DNA of 61,270 bases, counting the filler, from Jimgerdemannia flammicorona (taxonomy: Eukaryota), in assembly GCA_003990765.1 (NCBI GenBank). It is 3 parts of 3 records of this genome, joined end to end, with 100 filler letters (N's around TTAATTAATTAA, not from the genome) between each part and the next. Parts side by side here need not be neighbours in the genome. Positions count along the whole stretch, not along the records: positions 20,461 to 40,818 come from RBNJ01001700.1; positions 40,919 to 61,270 come from RBNJ01001701.1; 1 more part is not named here. One strand, given 5' to 3'. Below are positions 36,301-49,700 of this stretch, piece by piece. The position numbers were made by a program, and so were the translations under genes. The notes below the pieces were generated by a model. The model was given only the letters and a program-made list of their open reading frames with translations. It did no database searches and was not told the DNA's origin. The first letter of the stretch is position 1. Every line of letters starts with the position of its first letter.

Positions 36301-38627
36301 AAGACTCTGTATTGACTACAGGAAGCTCAATGCCATCACCAAAAAGGATAGACAGCCCTTGCCAAATATTCAAGAGATCCTTACCACTCTTGAAAATGAA
36401 GCCAAATACTACACCACCTTGGATCTGTTCTCAGGCTTCCATCAGATTGGTCTCACTCAAGATACCAGTGAGAAATCAGCCTTTATCATACCTGATGCCA
36501 CCTATATCTACCTGTGAATGCTATTTGGAATGTGTAATGCCCCAGCAAGTTTCCAGCAAATAATGAACAGAGTCTTCAGCAATGAGATTGGAAAATGGCT
36601 CTTTGTCTATGTTGATGATGTGATCATCTTCAGCAACACTGTATGGGAACATGTCAATCATATACAGCTAGCCCTCAAGAAGCTCAAGAAGCATGGCCTT
36701 TACATCAAGCCCAAGAAATGCAAGTTTGTGGCTCAGGAAATTACCTACCTAGGACACCTCATCAACCAGACCAGAATCCACACAGACCCCATGAAGATTG
36801 AGGCTGTTGCAGTCTACCTGAGACCCAGAACAATCACAGAAGTCCATGCCTTCCTTGGACTGGCCAGCTACTACAGAAGGTTCATCAAAGGATACTCCAA
36901 CATTGCAGTACCTATCTATGAGCTACTGAAGAAGGAGACCAAATTCGAATGAACCAAGGAGTATCAAGAAACCTTCAATAAACTCAAGACCAGGTTGATC
37001 CAAGCACCTATCCTCAGAAGACCAGATTGGAACCTAGAATTTATCCTGCAGACAGATACGAGTACTATAGGACTTGGAGCAGTCCTAGCTTAGAAGAAAG
37101 ATGGACATGAATATGCCATCTCCTATACAAGCCAAGATACCCATGGAGCAGAACAAAACTATGAGGCATGCAAGCTCAAATGCTTGGCAGTAGTCTGGGC
37201 AGTAGACATGTTCCACTACTATCTAGCTGAGAAATACTTCACTATTCAAACAGACCATTCTGCCCTTGCCTGGCTATTCCACACTCTGAACCCCAAAGGA
37301 ATATATATCAGATGGATCTACAGGCTGCAAGAGTATGACTGTACTGTCAAGTATCACTCAGGAAAGACTAATACTAATGCCAATACACTCTCAAGGACAC
37401 CCCAAAACACCCCCATCAAGACTATTCAACATAAATAAGAAGCTATACTATGAATTAATCAGCTATCTTGGGCAGTGGAAGATACCCAACTACCTCAAAC
37501 CCTGGACAATCACTATCATTAACCAGACTTGGAAACAGTTTGAACTAGACAACACTATACTCAGAAAAGGTAGAAAGCTAGTAATACCTGAACACAAGAA
37601 GTATCAAGTAATGAAGGAAGTACATGAGCAAGGATACCTAGGAGGAACCAATACATATGACAAGGCAAGAAGAACCATATGGTGGCCCAAGATGGAAGAA
37701 GACCTGTGCCAATTTGTCAAAGAGTTTGATAAGTGCCAAAAACAGAAATAAGATCAGTAAGACCAGGTACCTGGGTCATCAAGAATTGAGCCTATCTCCT
37801 TCCACCACATTGCAATAGATATTATTGGACCACTACCAGTAACACTCTCAGGAAACTGCTATATTATAGTTATTGTAGACCTCTTCACCAAATGGATAGA
37901 GGCAGGAGCATTACAAGAAGCCAATGCTCTCTCTATAGCTGACTTCCTGTACCAAGAAATCATCTGCCACTACAAGACACCAAAGCAAATCACAACAGAC
38001 CACAGCACAGAATTTATCAATGGATTCCATGAGATAATATATCAGAAATACAAGATCCAGCACATCAAGACCACCATGTACCACTTTCAAGAAAATGGAC
38101 AGACAGAGAGAACCAATAAGACCCTTAAGAACATCCTAGTGAAGATCTCAGAGACATATGAGAATTGGGATAACTATCTCCCAACTGCCCTCTCTGTCCT
38201 ATGAGACATATGGTCACAGAGCACAGACTTTACCCCAAGAGAGCTGCTCTTCAGAGAAGAAGATTCTGATGGAACCTCAGGTACAAATCTGGACCTAACT
38301 TAGAGATAAGTTGATGCAGAAATCTGGAGACTATACCAAATCAGGAAAAAGGCTGAAGATTACATCACCAAGTCACAAGCACTGATAGGGAAGAATGCAG
38401 AAAAGAATCACAAGACTCTAGAACCTATCTGAATTGGAGAAAAGGTTCTACTATATTGAAATATGGTAGAAGCCTCATGGTCATGAAAACTGGAGCCCAA
38501 ATGGGAAGGACCCTTCTATGTGCAAGATATCAAAGGAACCACCTTCTGACTCAGAAAAATCTCAGGAACCATACTGCCTACCATGGTACATAGGAACAGA
38601 CTCAAGAAGTACTATGAACCTATATAA
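33340..38627 (+). pseudogene. Decayed gag-PR-dUTPase-RT-RNase H (to 37438) and integrase (37431-38627)
   Basis: IIDTGT, RSSLA / GVIDPDYTGKI / RGEQGFGSTG, YVDD, TDH, IDIIGPLP, ITTDHSTEF, KWEGPF. Confidence 0.9.
35502..35918 (+). CDS. dut: dUTPase domain
   Basis: IGMDL, RSSLA, GVIDPDYTGKI, DRIGQML, RGEQGFGSTG. Confidence 0.92.
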
Positions 38628-39154
38628 GAGAAGTAAAATATTATGACTGCCCACAAGATTCTAGTCTGTGAATCATAACAGTATGTCCTGTGACTAGCAG
38701 GCTATCTGTCTGGACCATTCTCTAAGGGATATGGCTCTGGCAACTACTCATCCATGAGACTTTCGAAGTCAGAGGAGTTCGAACCATCAACTGATTGGTC
38801 AAGATCAGAATCAGGCCCTTGCTCTATATGAAGGGAGCGACCCTTCACTATCATGCCAAAATATAAAGAGAAGACACTAGCCTATAAATACCACTTTTCG
38901 ACCCCTTGTCAGAGGTTATAGAATCAGCAAATTTTTCAGGACTGGATTAATGAATAAGGATGCTCAAGAAGATCCTTATTCAGGAGGAAGATGTAATGGT
39001 GACTCCAAAATGATGACATCAGCACAGGAGACAGTCTTTCCTTGTAAGCCATCAGATCGGAGTATAAAAAGATCCAGGACCTTTCTCCTGTACAATTCAC
39101 ATTACACAAACTTCAAGTAACGGTTTTCAACACAACTCAGAGAAAAGGTATTAT

Positions 39155-40562
39155 ACAGGCAACATGGGCAACATGGGTAATACGGGCAACACAGGTGGAC
39201 AAGACAGGCAAGATGGGCAAGATGGGCAAGATGGCAAGATGACAAGACGGGTGACATGAAGATGGGCAAGATGGGCAAGATGGGCAAGACGGGTAAGACG
39301 GGCAAGATGGGTAAGACGGCAAGATGGCAAGATGGGCGACATGGGTAAGATGGGCGACATGGGCAAGATGGGCAGATGGCAAGACAGGCGACATGGACAA
39401 AATGGGCAAAATGGGCAAAATGGGCAAAACGGGCAACATGGGCAACATGGGCAACACGGGTAACACAGGTGGGCAACACGGGCAACACAGGCAATATAGG
39501 TGGGCAACATGGGCAATACGGGCAACACAGGCAACATGGGCAACACGGGCAATATGGGCGGATAAGATGGACAAGATGGGCAAGACAGGCAAGATGGCAA
39601 GATGACAAGATGGGCGACATGAAGACAGGCAAGATGGGCAAGACAGGCAAGACGGGCAAGACAGGCAAGACAGGCAAGATGGCAAGATGGCAAGATGGGC
39701 GACATGGACAAGATGGACAACATGGGTAAGATGGGCAGACGGCAAGATAGGCGACATGGGCAAAACAGGCAAAATGGGCAAAATGGGCAAAATGAGCAAC
39801 ACAGGCAACACAGGCAACACGGGTAGGCAACACGGGCAACACGGGCAACACGGGCGGGCAACAAGGCAACATGGGCAACACGGGCAACATGGGCAACATG
39901 GGCAACACAGGCAACATGGGCAACACAGGTGGGCAAGATGGGCAAGATGGGCAAGATAGGCAAGATGGGCAAGATGACAAGACGGGTGACATAGGTAAGA
40001 CGGGCAAGATGGGCAAGACGGGCAAGACAGGCAAGACGGGTAAGACAGGCAAGATGGCAAGATGGCAAGATGGGTGACATGGGCAAGATGGGCAGATGGC
40101 AAGACAGGTGACATGGGCAAAACAGGCAAAACGGGCAAAATGGGCAAAATGGGCAAAACAGGCAAAACAGGCAAAACAGGCAAAACGGGCAAAATGGGCA
40201 ACACGGGCAACATGGGCAACATGGGCGGGCAACACAGGCAACACGGGCAACATGGGCGGCAACACAGGCAACACGGGCAATACGGGCAACATAGGCAAGC
40301 AAGATGGGCAAGACGGGTAAGACAGGCAAGATGGCAAGATGGGTGACATGGGTAAGACGGGCAGATGGCAAGACAGGCAACATGGGCAAGACGGGCAAAA
40401 CGGGCAACACGGGCAACACGGGCAACACAGGCAACATGGGCAACATGGGTGGGCAAGACAGGCAAGACAGGCAAGATGGGCAAGATGGGCAAGATGAGCA
40501 AGATGACAAGATGGCAACACGAGCAACATGGGCAGACAAGACGAGCTAGATGGGCAAGACAG
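39155..40562. repeat. 9-bp-based minisatellite (GGCAA[GCA]A[TC]G) with ~360-bp higher-order period
   Basis: Continuous 8-9 bp units. Landmark ggcaga(t/c)ggc at 39371, 39734, 40091, 40360; atgacaag at 39239, 39602, 39974. Confidence 0.92.
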
Positions 40563-40818
40563 GAGGCACTAATAGGGGTAGGTCAGGTACACTAGATGCC
40601 AAATACTTGAGATGGTTGGGGCTCACAACCCATACCCACTGGGTGGGGCAGGTCGGGTAGGAGGATCTAGTTACTCGGGCAGTGAGGTCGCAACTCATAC
40701 CCTAAAGGTGCAAGGCTGGGAGTGAGTTGAGATTGGGGTGGAATGGGGCTACTAATGTTGTATGAGGATATGTGGCATGTTATAGATAGTTAATAAATGA
40801 GACAAAAAGTGGTAAAAA

Positions 40819-40918
40819 NNNNNNNNNNNNNNNNNNNNNNNNNNNNNNNNNNNNNNNNNNNNTTAATTAATTAANNNNNNNNNNNNNNNNNNNNNNNNNN
40901 NNNNNNNNNNNNNNNNNN
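40819..40918. other. Assembly gap with artificial six-frame stop spacer
   Basis: N-run containing TTAATTAATTAA at 40863-40874. Confidence 0.95.
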
Positions 40919-42442
40919 CTAAATAAATATATTTTATATTATAATATATTATAGTTTTATATTAGAGATATTTAAAAATATTAAATTTATTGTTTTTAAA
41001 TTTTTATTTTATCTTTAAAAAAAAATCTAAAAAAAAAAATTTATTAGTTCAGTTTTGGAACCAAATTATTTATAAATATTCTTTATTTAATAAATAGACA
41101 ATAAATTTAGATATATATTTAAAACTTATTATAATTATTCTTTTAATATTTCTCTATAATCTTATATATTTTATCTTTTGAAAAAATAATAAAAAAACTC
41201 TTTTTAAATATATATAAATATATATAATATATTATTAATATACTTAATTCAAACATTAAAGCAATAATATTTTGTCCAAAGAAGGCTATTTAAATATACT
41301 TTCTACTCATAATAAATTATAATTTATTTATTAAATAGATTAGTTATAGTTTGAAATTATATAAATTACTAGTGTATTAAATATATATATATAAATAATA
41401 GGAGAATAAATATATACTATACAGATAAGACTGATATTAGGTAACTAGAAGTATATAGTATCCTCTAATAAAACAAAAATCAATTATTTTGGATTCTGCA
41501 TATGACATCTGCCTTTTTCCGTCATCTTCAAATTTTACGTCAATCGATGTCACGTGACTTTTCCACATTGAAAATGCCGCGAAACTACTTTAAACTGACT
41601 GTAAAACTACTTTAAATTGACTGCAAATTCTCAAATAATATATTATTATTATTTCAAATATCTAAGATACTACAAAATTGAATCAAAGATACGAAATATC
41701 ACTTAATGCAAGTCACGTGACATCGATTGACGTAAAATTCGAAGATGACGGAAAAAGGCAGATGTCATATGCAGAATCCAAAATAATTGATTTTTGTTTT
41801 ATTAGAGGATACTATATACTTCTAGTTACTTAATATTAGTCTTTTCTGTACAGTATCTATTTATTCTCCTATTATTTATATATATATATTTAATACTCTA
41901 GTAATTTATATAATTTCAAACTATAACTAATCTATTTAATAAATAAATTATAATTTATTATGAGTAGAAAATATACTTAAATAGCCTTCTTTGGACAAAA
42001 TATCATTGCTTTAATGTTTGAATTCAGTATATTAATAATATATTATATATATTTATATATATTTAAAAAGAGTTTTTTTATTATTTTTTTAAAAGATAAA
42101 ATAATTAAGATTTTAAAAAATAAATTATATAAAATTATAGAGAAATATTAAAAGAATAATTATAATAAGTTTTAAATATATATCTCAATTTATTGTCTAT
42201 CTATTAAATAAAGAATATTTATAAATAATTTGGTTCCAAAACTGAACCAATAAATTTTTTTTTTTAGATTTTTTTTTAAGATAAAATAAAAATTTAAAAA
42301 CAATAAATTTAATATTTTTAAATATCTCTAATATAAAACTATAATATATTATAATATAAAATATATTTATTTAGAGCATTTTTATTTAAATAATTAAAAT
42401 ATAAAATTTAATAAAACATTGGTTCAGTTTTGAAATATACTG
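40919..42442. mobile_element. Second fold-back DNA transposon family (left tip lost in the gap)
   Basis: Near-perfect inverted arms 40919-41560 and 41710-42374. Right end CATTGGTTCAGTTTTGAAATATACTG followed by TA. Matching end at 61133. Confidence 0.88.
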
Positions 42443-42509
42443 TATAAAGATTACCTTGTATCAATACTGTTATAATCTCTTTATTATTCTTCAAACTATA
42501 TATTATTAC

Positions 42510-44537
42510 TGTTAAAGAGTACTTTATTAGGATACTATTACATAGTTCTGGAAGAGTTTTCTAGAAGTTCTGGATATTCTAGAAGACTGTCTTCTTAAGG
42601 TCAAGATTAATTTTATATAGAGTATATTCTCTATACTTATTGATTTCAAGATTGAGTTAATGTCTCAATGAAAGTTCTTTCTCAGACTCATTCTGGATGT
42701 TCAGGATTTTTCTTATTTCAGAAAGTTCAAGAAACTAAGACCAGCTTAGTTGAATTGATATATTACTGCAGATAATACCCAATTAGAAAATTTCTAAATC
42801 TAGTTAGAAGTGGGATCTAATAAAGTGTGAGTTTACTTAAGAGTAGTTTATAGATTATTAAATAGATTTATTTACTATTCATAATATTACTATTGGCTAA
42901 TATATATCAGATATAGTATATGAAGAGATAATTATGAGGAGAAGTATTTATCTAATTTTTATCAATATTCTTATCTGAGTTTCTGAGGTTTGGGAGAGGG
43001 AATATTTATACTAATGAGAGGCTATCTAGGCTAGACTAAATATGGGTATAGTACTTTAGTATTTAATGAGTCAGAATACAGTCATATAGTATAAAGTATG
43101 AACTTATAAGTTAAGAGATCTACTGATTGATAAGTTAGAATATAGTTATATAGTATAAGACTAATCTAACTATACTAATAACTGCTAAACTATTTATAGA
43201 TTTAGATAATATCTGGATATTCCTCAATGAGGTCCCTATTGATGATATTACCTTTAATAAAGTAGTCATCTAAGAAGAGTGATTCTTAGATTATATTTTT
43301 CTATTTATTTATATAGTAGTATATTGGAATTAAGTTGTCATCTCACAGGATAGAATCATCTATCTCATATGTTGGATATAGTATTGATGAGCAGAGAAAG
43401 GATATATTATCTTTGATAAATTACAGCACTATATATATATTGTAGAGTTGTAGTAAGCTGATAGTTATTCTTTATATTATCTATACTTAAGAGATAGAGT
43501 CATTGGTTCTATCTTGAGAGTTGTCTAGATATATAGATTATATTCTCTTATTTCTTCATTATAGTTGAAGTAGTTAGACTTAAATGTAGATTAGTACTCA
43601 TGTTAGTAATTGTTATTTTAATAAGTCTTATAGATAGTTATAAACTATTATAAGTTTATTGATAAGATTAGCAGAGTAATCAGGGTTGGCAGAGATTCTT
43701 GGCTAGAAGTCATCTCTATATCAAAGAGATCATTGTCTTCTATTTCATCATTATTGAACTAAATTATATTATAAATATCTTTTATAGTATATCTAACTTG
43801 AAGTATTTATAGAATATGGTCATCTGAATATAAAAAGGATCTGTTTGTGATTTGAGCATACTCAAAGTATTTCTAATTGAATTCTTATACCATGTCATCA
43901 ATTTGGCTATAAGTCAGAGTAGTAATCATTTTAGTAGTAGTAACTTAGAGATAGAGAATAAAGGTATTATACTCATAGAAGAGTTCTCAGTGTTTACAGA
44001 TGATGAGTTTCTAGTGTTGTGATATTTTGGTAATATCTATATTATAGTAGTGATTAACTATATCTTCTAGAAGATAGCTGATTTAATAGTAGCTTGAAAT
44101 TTATCTGATTCAGTGGGCCTTACTAAGTATGTTCAGAGTATTTCATTGTGCTTCTATAAAGTAGAGAGATACTAGACTATGGATATTCATAAGAGATAGA
44201 GATGTTGTAGCCAGGTTGACTACAGCATTCTAAATGTCAGCATGAATACAGTTGTAGACTTCAGTGATCATGTCTGGATAAATGTTTGAGAGTTGTAATT
44301 ATTATTTTAGTTTATTATAGTTCTTTATTTTGTTATATTATATATTCAGTATATATACTTTTGATCTTGATTAGTAAGATTCTGTTTTCATATATCTTGT
44401 ATTCTATAACTTCAAGTTAACTTAGTTTTATGATCTGTGACTTTGGCTTGACTCAGCTTTGTGATCTTACATGTAATTTCTAGATTTATTCTGAGAATAA
44501 TGTACAATTTCAGTGACTTAGAGGTTGTACACTTACA
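42510..44537 (-). mobile_element. 2028-bp solo LTR
   Basis: TG..CA termini; 5-bp TSD attac (42505-42509) / attgc (44538-44542); Copia sequence resumes on both sides; TATA box near 43003-43010 on the minus strand; no gag or pol. Confidence 0.8.
43650..44271 (-). pseudogene. Accessory ORF (copy D, heavily mutated) inside the solo LTR
   Basis: Minus-strand frame reads SSYY*ISYLL..IICKH*ELFYEYNTFILYL*VTTTKMITTLTYSQIDDM, in gap-free register with the core of copies A-C. Confidence 0.6.
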
Positions 44538-44772
44538 ATTGCTTTCTTAGGGTATATACATATTTCTTTATTACTGTGAGCCATTATTTTGCCAATTGAG
44601 AAGAGGTTCTTGTCTATTTTTAGAATATATAGTATATTCTGAAAAGTACTAGTAGGCTCTATAATATTTCTATAGAGATATATATCAACATTTTCTCTTT
44701 TTTAAGAATATATAATATTATTATTTCTTAACTTAATTGATACTAGATACTCAAATGACTCATATATAGAAA

Positions 44773-45318
44773 TAGTGCTCCTAATGAGTCAATTTAATCC
44801 AGATGGGATTCGGATTAATTCGGATTGAATCCCATCCAGATCAACTTGGATGGGATTCAAATCAATGATTGTTTTGATTTCCAAATTAGACAATTAAATG
44901 TTTACATCAATAACTTGATGAATAATCATCCAAATTTAATGATCTTGATGTCATTTGAAAGCTCTTAATAGGGCCTTTCTAATGATATCAAGAAAATTGA
45001 AATCAGATCATGTGTTGCTGAGTTATGAAGGAACCCATCTGAATTGCCGATTTTGGAAATTTCAGCAAATGGAATGGTTTCCTTAATATCTCGGCAATGC
45101 ATAATCCGATTTTAATGTTCTTGGTATCATTAGAAAGGCCTTATTAAGAGCTTTTAAATAACACTAAGATCATTAAATTTGGATGATTATTCATCGAGTT
45201 ATTGATGTAAACATTTAATTGTCTAATTTGGAAATCAAAACAATCGTTGATTCAATCCATCTGGATGGGATTCGAATCCCATCTGAATCCCATCCGGATT
45301 GACTCGTTCGGAGCACTA
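44773..45318. mobile_element. hAT-type MITE, 546 bp, largely palindromic
   Basis: TIR TAGTGCTCC..GGAGCACTA; 8-bp TSD tatagaaa/catagaga; subterminal gatgggatt repeats. Confidence 0.88.
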
Positions 45319-46789
45319 CATAGAGAGCTATTCTCAGTAGGCTATTATATATTATGTAGTACCTGAATCCATGAGTTATATATTATTATTATCAGCTATA
45401 TTGATGCATACTTTATTTATATTATTTATATTATTGATATTACTACTTTTCACTAGCTTGAAAATATATGGCTTAGTTATGAATATAGATATTTTCTCCA
45501 GATGCTGAATATATCTCTACTCTGGTTATCATTAGTTTTGATAGTATTTGTATTATATTGATCTTTGCTATAATTCTTTCTACTATTCCCATATTGCTAA
45601 TATTGACTTCTATGCTTATTTTCATCATTCTCCTTATCTTTATAATAGTAGTCATTCTGCATATATCCATACTTATCACAGTAATTATAGTTGCTATCAA
45701 ACTTGGTAGATTTATATTTTCTGACCTTATTGATACTTCTTGCCTCATCTGTATAATTTGTAGAATACTTTCTTATTATTATCATTATTGCTATTTTATT
45801 AATATATCTCTTCACTGATGAGACTTATTATTACTTTTAAAGTTTTCTACTCTTATATATAGCTACTACTATAATATTATATACTTTGAGAAAGTCTCTT
45901 ATAAGGATCAGAATCTTGTCTTTATCACTGATATACTCTGCTGACATACTTAGAGAATTTACCTGATTTACTAGATTATTAACATATTCAATATATTTAT
46001 AGATACTCTTCTTGAGCTTCATTCATAAATTAAATAACTGAGATTTTAGTTGTAATTAATTTAATAAAGATACTTTTATATGATAATTATATAGGATTAT
46101 CATAAGCTATTATAGTATACATTATAAGCTTTATTTGCTAGTTTAATAATATAAAAGTAATCCCTCATAATACTTAGTAATTATTTGTAATATTATAATC
46201 TTAAATCTATATTTGTGATTTTATATACTCAACTAATCTATACTCCTCTAGAAGATTACTCATATAGAATGTCTAAACAGTATAATCCTTATTATCAAAG
46301 ATTAAAATTGACCTCTTGACTATGTTTATATTTGCTATGAAGACTGTGATCATCATCATATCTATTTCAGAGATATCTATATTTGCTGTATTTGATATGC
46401 TCATACTGGCTCTTTAATTTATTATTTATAATATCTTGATATAGAGTAGTATATAGTTTGAGACTCATAATCTTTGTTGTAACTTTTGTTGATAATATGA
46501 AGTAGAGAGAAGCAATAGTATTATTTATTAATTACTTATATTTTTACATATTAAGTGATATAGCTCAAGAATAACATAGATATAAATAAGCTACAAATTA
46601 TCAAGATATAATAATTTTAATAAAAATAATAAGCAGATCTATAAAAAATATATATAAAGATAAATATTTATCTATATATCTAATTTAAGATTATCATAAA
46701 AGTATATAATATATATAATAGTTGATCTGAATTAGGAATAACAATCAGAGAATAGATATTTAATTATAGTACTTAAATCTAATTCTTAA

Positions 46790-49700
46790 TATAATATAGC
46801 ATAATATATAGTTTAGTAGTCACTTAATCTCATAGTTATATAATTTGTATAATTATATATATATATCTCTCAACTATATGAATTTCACAGATACATATAT
46901 AGATCTCTCAATTATACAGATTTTACAGATATATAGATCTTACAACTATATGAAATAACTCATAGGAAAGAAAGTTTTAACTTAGCTACCATATAGTTAG
47001 CAAACTTATATAAATATCTCTAATATCTAGAGTGAATAAATCTTAGATCAAAATAGTTCAAGCAAAGAGATAAGAAATTAGTAAGCCTAGACAGATATAC
47101 TTTGAACTCACCCACCTCTATACCTGAGGACTCTGAGAAACTAAAGAAAATTACATATTTAAGATAAAGAAATCTACTACACTTCTGTTAATATATATTT
47201 ACTATATTACAACTTAGTACCCATTGTTTAATAATTTAAGACAAATCTCTCACTTTTAAGCTAAATAATAAATAATCTCTACTACTCAAATATATACTCA
47301 AACCAAATCAAGACATTTAGATTAGATATAAGATCACTAGTATTTTATAGATATATCTCTGATAAATCAATTATTATCTTCCTTAATTATTTTAAATAAT
47401 ATACTACTATAAGAACTCTATCAATATAATAACAAATATCTCTAATATTATTCAGTCTTTAAGAATCTGCAAGAGCTGTATTTAGAGCTATAAATTATGT
47501 CAAAAATAATGATACTATAATACTGATAGTACAGAAGATCTAGTTGTAAGCCATCTACTATAGATAAAATCAAGCAGGCTCTAAAGAATCAATTTAATAG
47601 TATTTAGTAAAGAATAAATAAAGACCCAAATATCTTCTATACCTAAATCTACTATTAGATAATCTTGGCTAATTATACTGATACTATCAGAGATTAAGTA
47701 GCTAAAGTAATCTTTATAAAAGAAATTCATCCAGAGATAGCTATAGCAATCTGATCAATGCTAATAGTCCTGAACTTAGTATAGAAGGTGACTTATGCTT
47801 AGTAATATTGGATAGCAAGATACTTATAAGACTATACAATAGGGAGTCACTGGAGTCTAAATTGAAATACTCAAAGTAACTAGTATAATTTCTATAACTA
47901 TAATCAATTGAAATACACCTCAACCAAAGGTCATAGAGTAGTAGAGAAATAGTGATTCTATAGAGGAACTTGTTGAGAAGTTTTCTGAAATAACTATTTA
48001 TCTGAGAGATATAGTAAAGGAAATCAGTAAAAGATATCATCAGCTCCTTTCTCCACTACCTTACTAGTTACAATAATTTGGTAGACAATCTTCCAAGTCC
48101 ACTTTCTATACCTAATATCCCCTCTACCTTGGGTTGGTTTGTTATATTTATTGCAGAGCAGTGGAAGAGAGATAATAGTAATGAGTTGCCTCTTTATCAG
48201 TATCAGATTAGTGTCTTCTCTACTTTTTTATAGTTTCTGATACCTTTAGCTACATCTAGGATATACTCATTTTGATGCAGTACCTTCTTTCTTTTGCTAT
48301 TGCCAACAAGGTATTGTCTTGGTATTTCACAGATTATGTAGAGAGTCAGCTGACCTTGAGCATCAAGTGTTCAGTATAGGTTATCTATAGGTTCTTAGTA
48401 TCTATAGTGGGGCCCTCTGGCTTTGGCAAGCTTCCCAGCAAGTACAGTTCTGGTATAGGTGACTGTTTTTCAGATGATATTAGGATGGGAGAAGAGTTGG
48501 CCATTACAGATAGGAGAAAGGATGATAATGGTAGACCAATAGGGTGCTAGGCTGGGGGCAGTCATCGGGGCTAGGGCAGGTGCTGCTTCAGTGGGGCCTT
48601 TTGATTAGTACAGAGTAGTTAGGTGATAGATATTACTCTTGGCTACTTTTGGCAATTTGTGAGATTGGGTCTCAGTTATTGAGAGTAACTGAAGGGCCTA
48701 AGGCTACTCATGTCAGATATCTTAGCTACACTCAACTGAAACTAAAAGCTGATATAGTAATATAATTGAGGTCTACAGGCTTGAGTAGTAAGATATTAGG
48801 AGTCTCCTCTCACCTTACATATAAGTTCACTACTTATCTTACTTGAGAGAACTAAGCTCTACCCACTATTCTGTACTTTGAGGAGAGTTTTTTCTTTACT
48901 TATCATTTCTACTTGGGGTAGCAGAAGCTATTCTATTTAGCTCAGATATGGTCTTATACATATGTTGGGGTTTTGAGCATATACTTTCAGTCATTGGTAT
49001 ATGGCTGAGTTCTCCCTGGTAGTAGAGAGAGTATAGTATGCAGAATGAGGTATAGACTGCTTTAGGCCCTGCTGTGCCTAGTATGGTTGAGCTGCTGGAT
49101 AATAGTTAGTCTAAGTTTAATGGGGGGGTGGTGTTCAGTGAGTGGTAGAGGAGGGTTTTGATCTATATAGTCTAGGTTCCCTTCTAATAAAAATCTGCAG
49201 AACTCTGAATAAAATAAAAAAAAATAAAAAAATAAAAATAAAAAAGGAAAAAATATCATTACCCAGTTAAGAAGTTTGCTACTACTATAGATAAGAAGAG
49301 ATGAACCTGCTATACTTGTAAAGTAGAAGACCACTACTCTTATAAATATATGAGTAAGACTGAGCATAAGGTCTAGCTAAGAAATACTGTTAGAAAATAT
49401 AAACAGACCAATATTATCAACTTGGAAGAGATTGGATATTTAGAGAAAGAGAAAGAATAGAAAGCTTATCTAGCTCTTATCTTTAAAAGAATATCTATCA
49501 GAAATCCTATAAGAGACTATTAGGAAGACTTAAGAAAAAAGTAGTAGAACAGCCTATAGAAAGATAAATAGAGATATTTACAGAAATTGAAACTATGATG
49601 GAAATCTTCATCTTTTGATAATAAATAAGACTAGAACTCACAGAAATAGTTAAGGATCAAGGGTGGAAGATAGTTGAGGCCAATAATATATAAAAGGATT

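Larger units (their letters stand above)
31678..39074 (+). mobile_element. Ty3/Gypsy element with dUTPase (copy 2), long-LTR type
   Basis: 5' LTR 31678-33283 (TG..CA), PBS TGGTGCCCATTG, gag-PR-dUTPase-RT-RH-IN, PPT caggaggaaga, 3' LTR starting at 38992 and interrupted at 39074. Confidence 0.93.
42445..46610 (-). mobile_element. Highly decayed Ty1/Copia element hosting a solo LTR and a hAT MITE
   Basis: PBS gattatgagtct (GGTTATGAGCCC type) at 46461-46472; protease LMDSGTT near 45360. Inverted homolog of 51960-53811. Confidence 0.75.

Noticed and set aside
39102..40539. Three overlapping 454-475 aa minus-strand ORFs (Cys/Pro-rich, HLA repeats) and collagen-like G-x-y frames on the plus strand
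   Set aside because: All three frames are open because the repeat lacks TTA/CTA/TCA on the plus strand, and 8-bp units keep shifting the frame. This is a compositional artefact.
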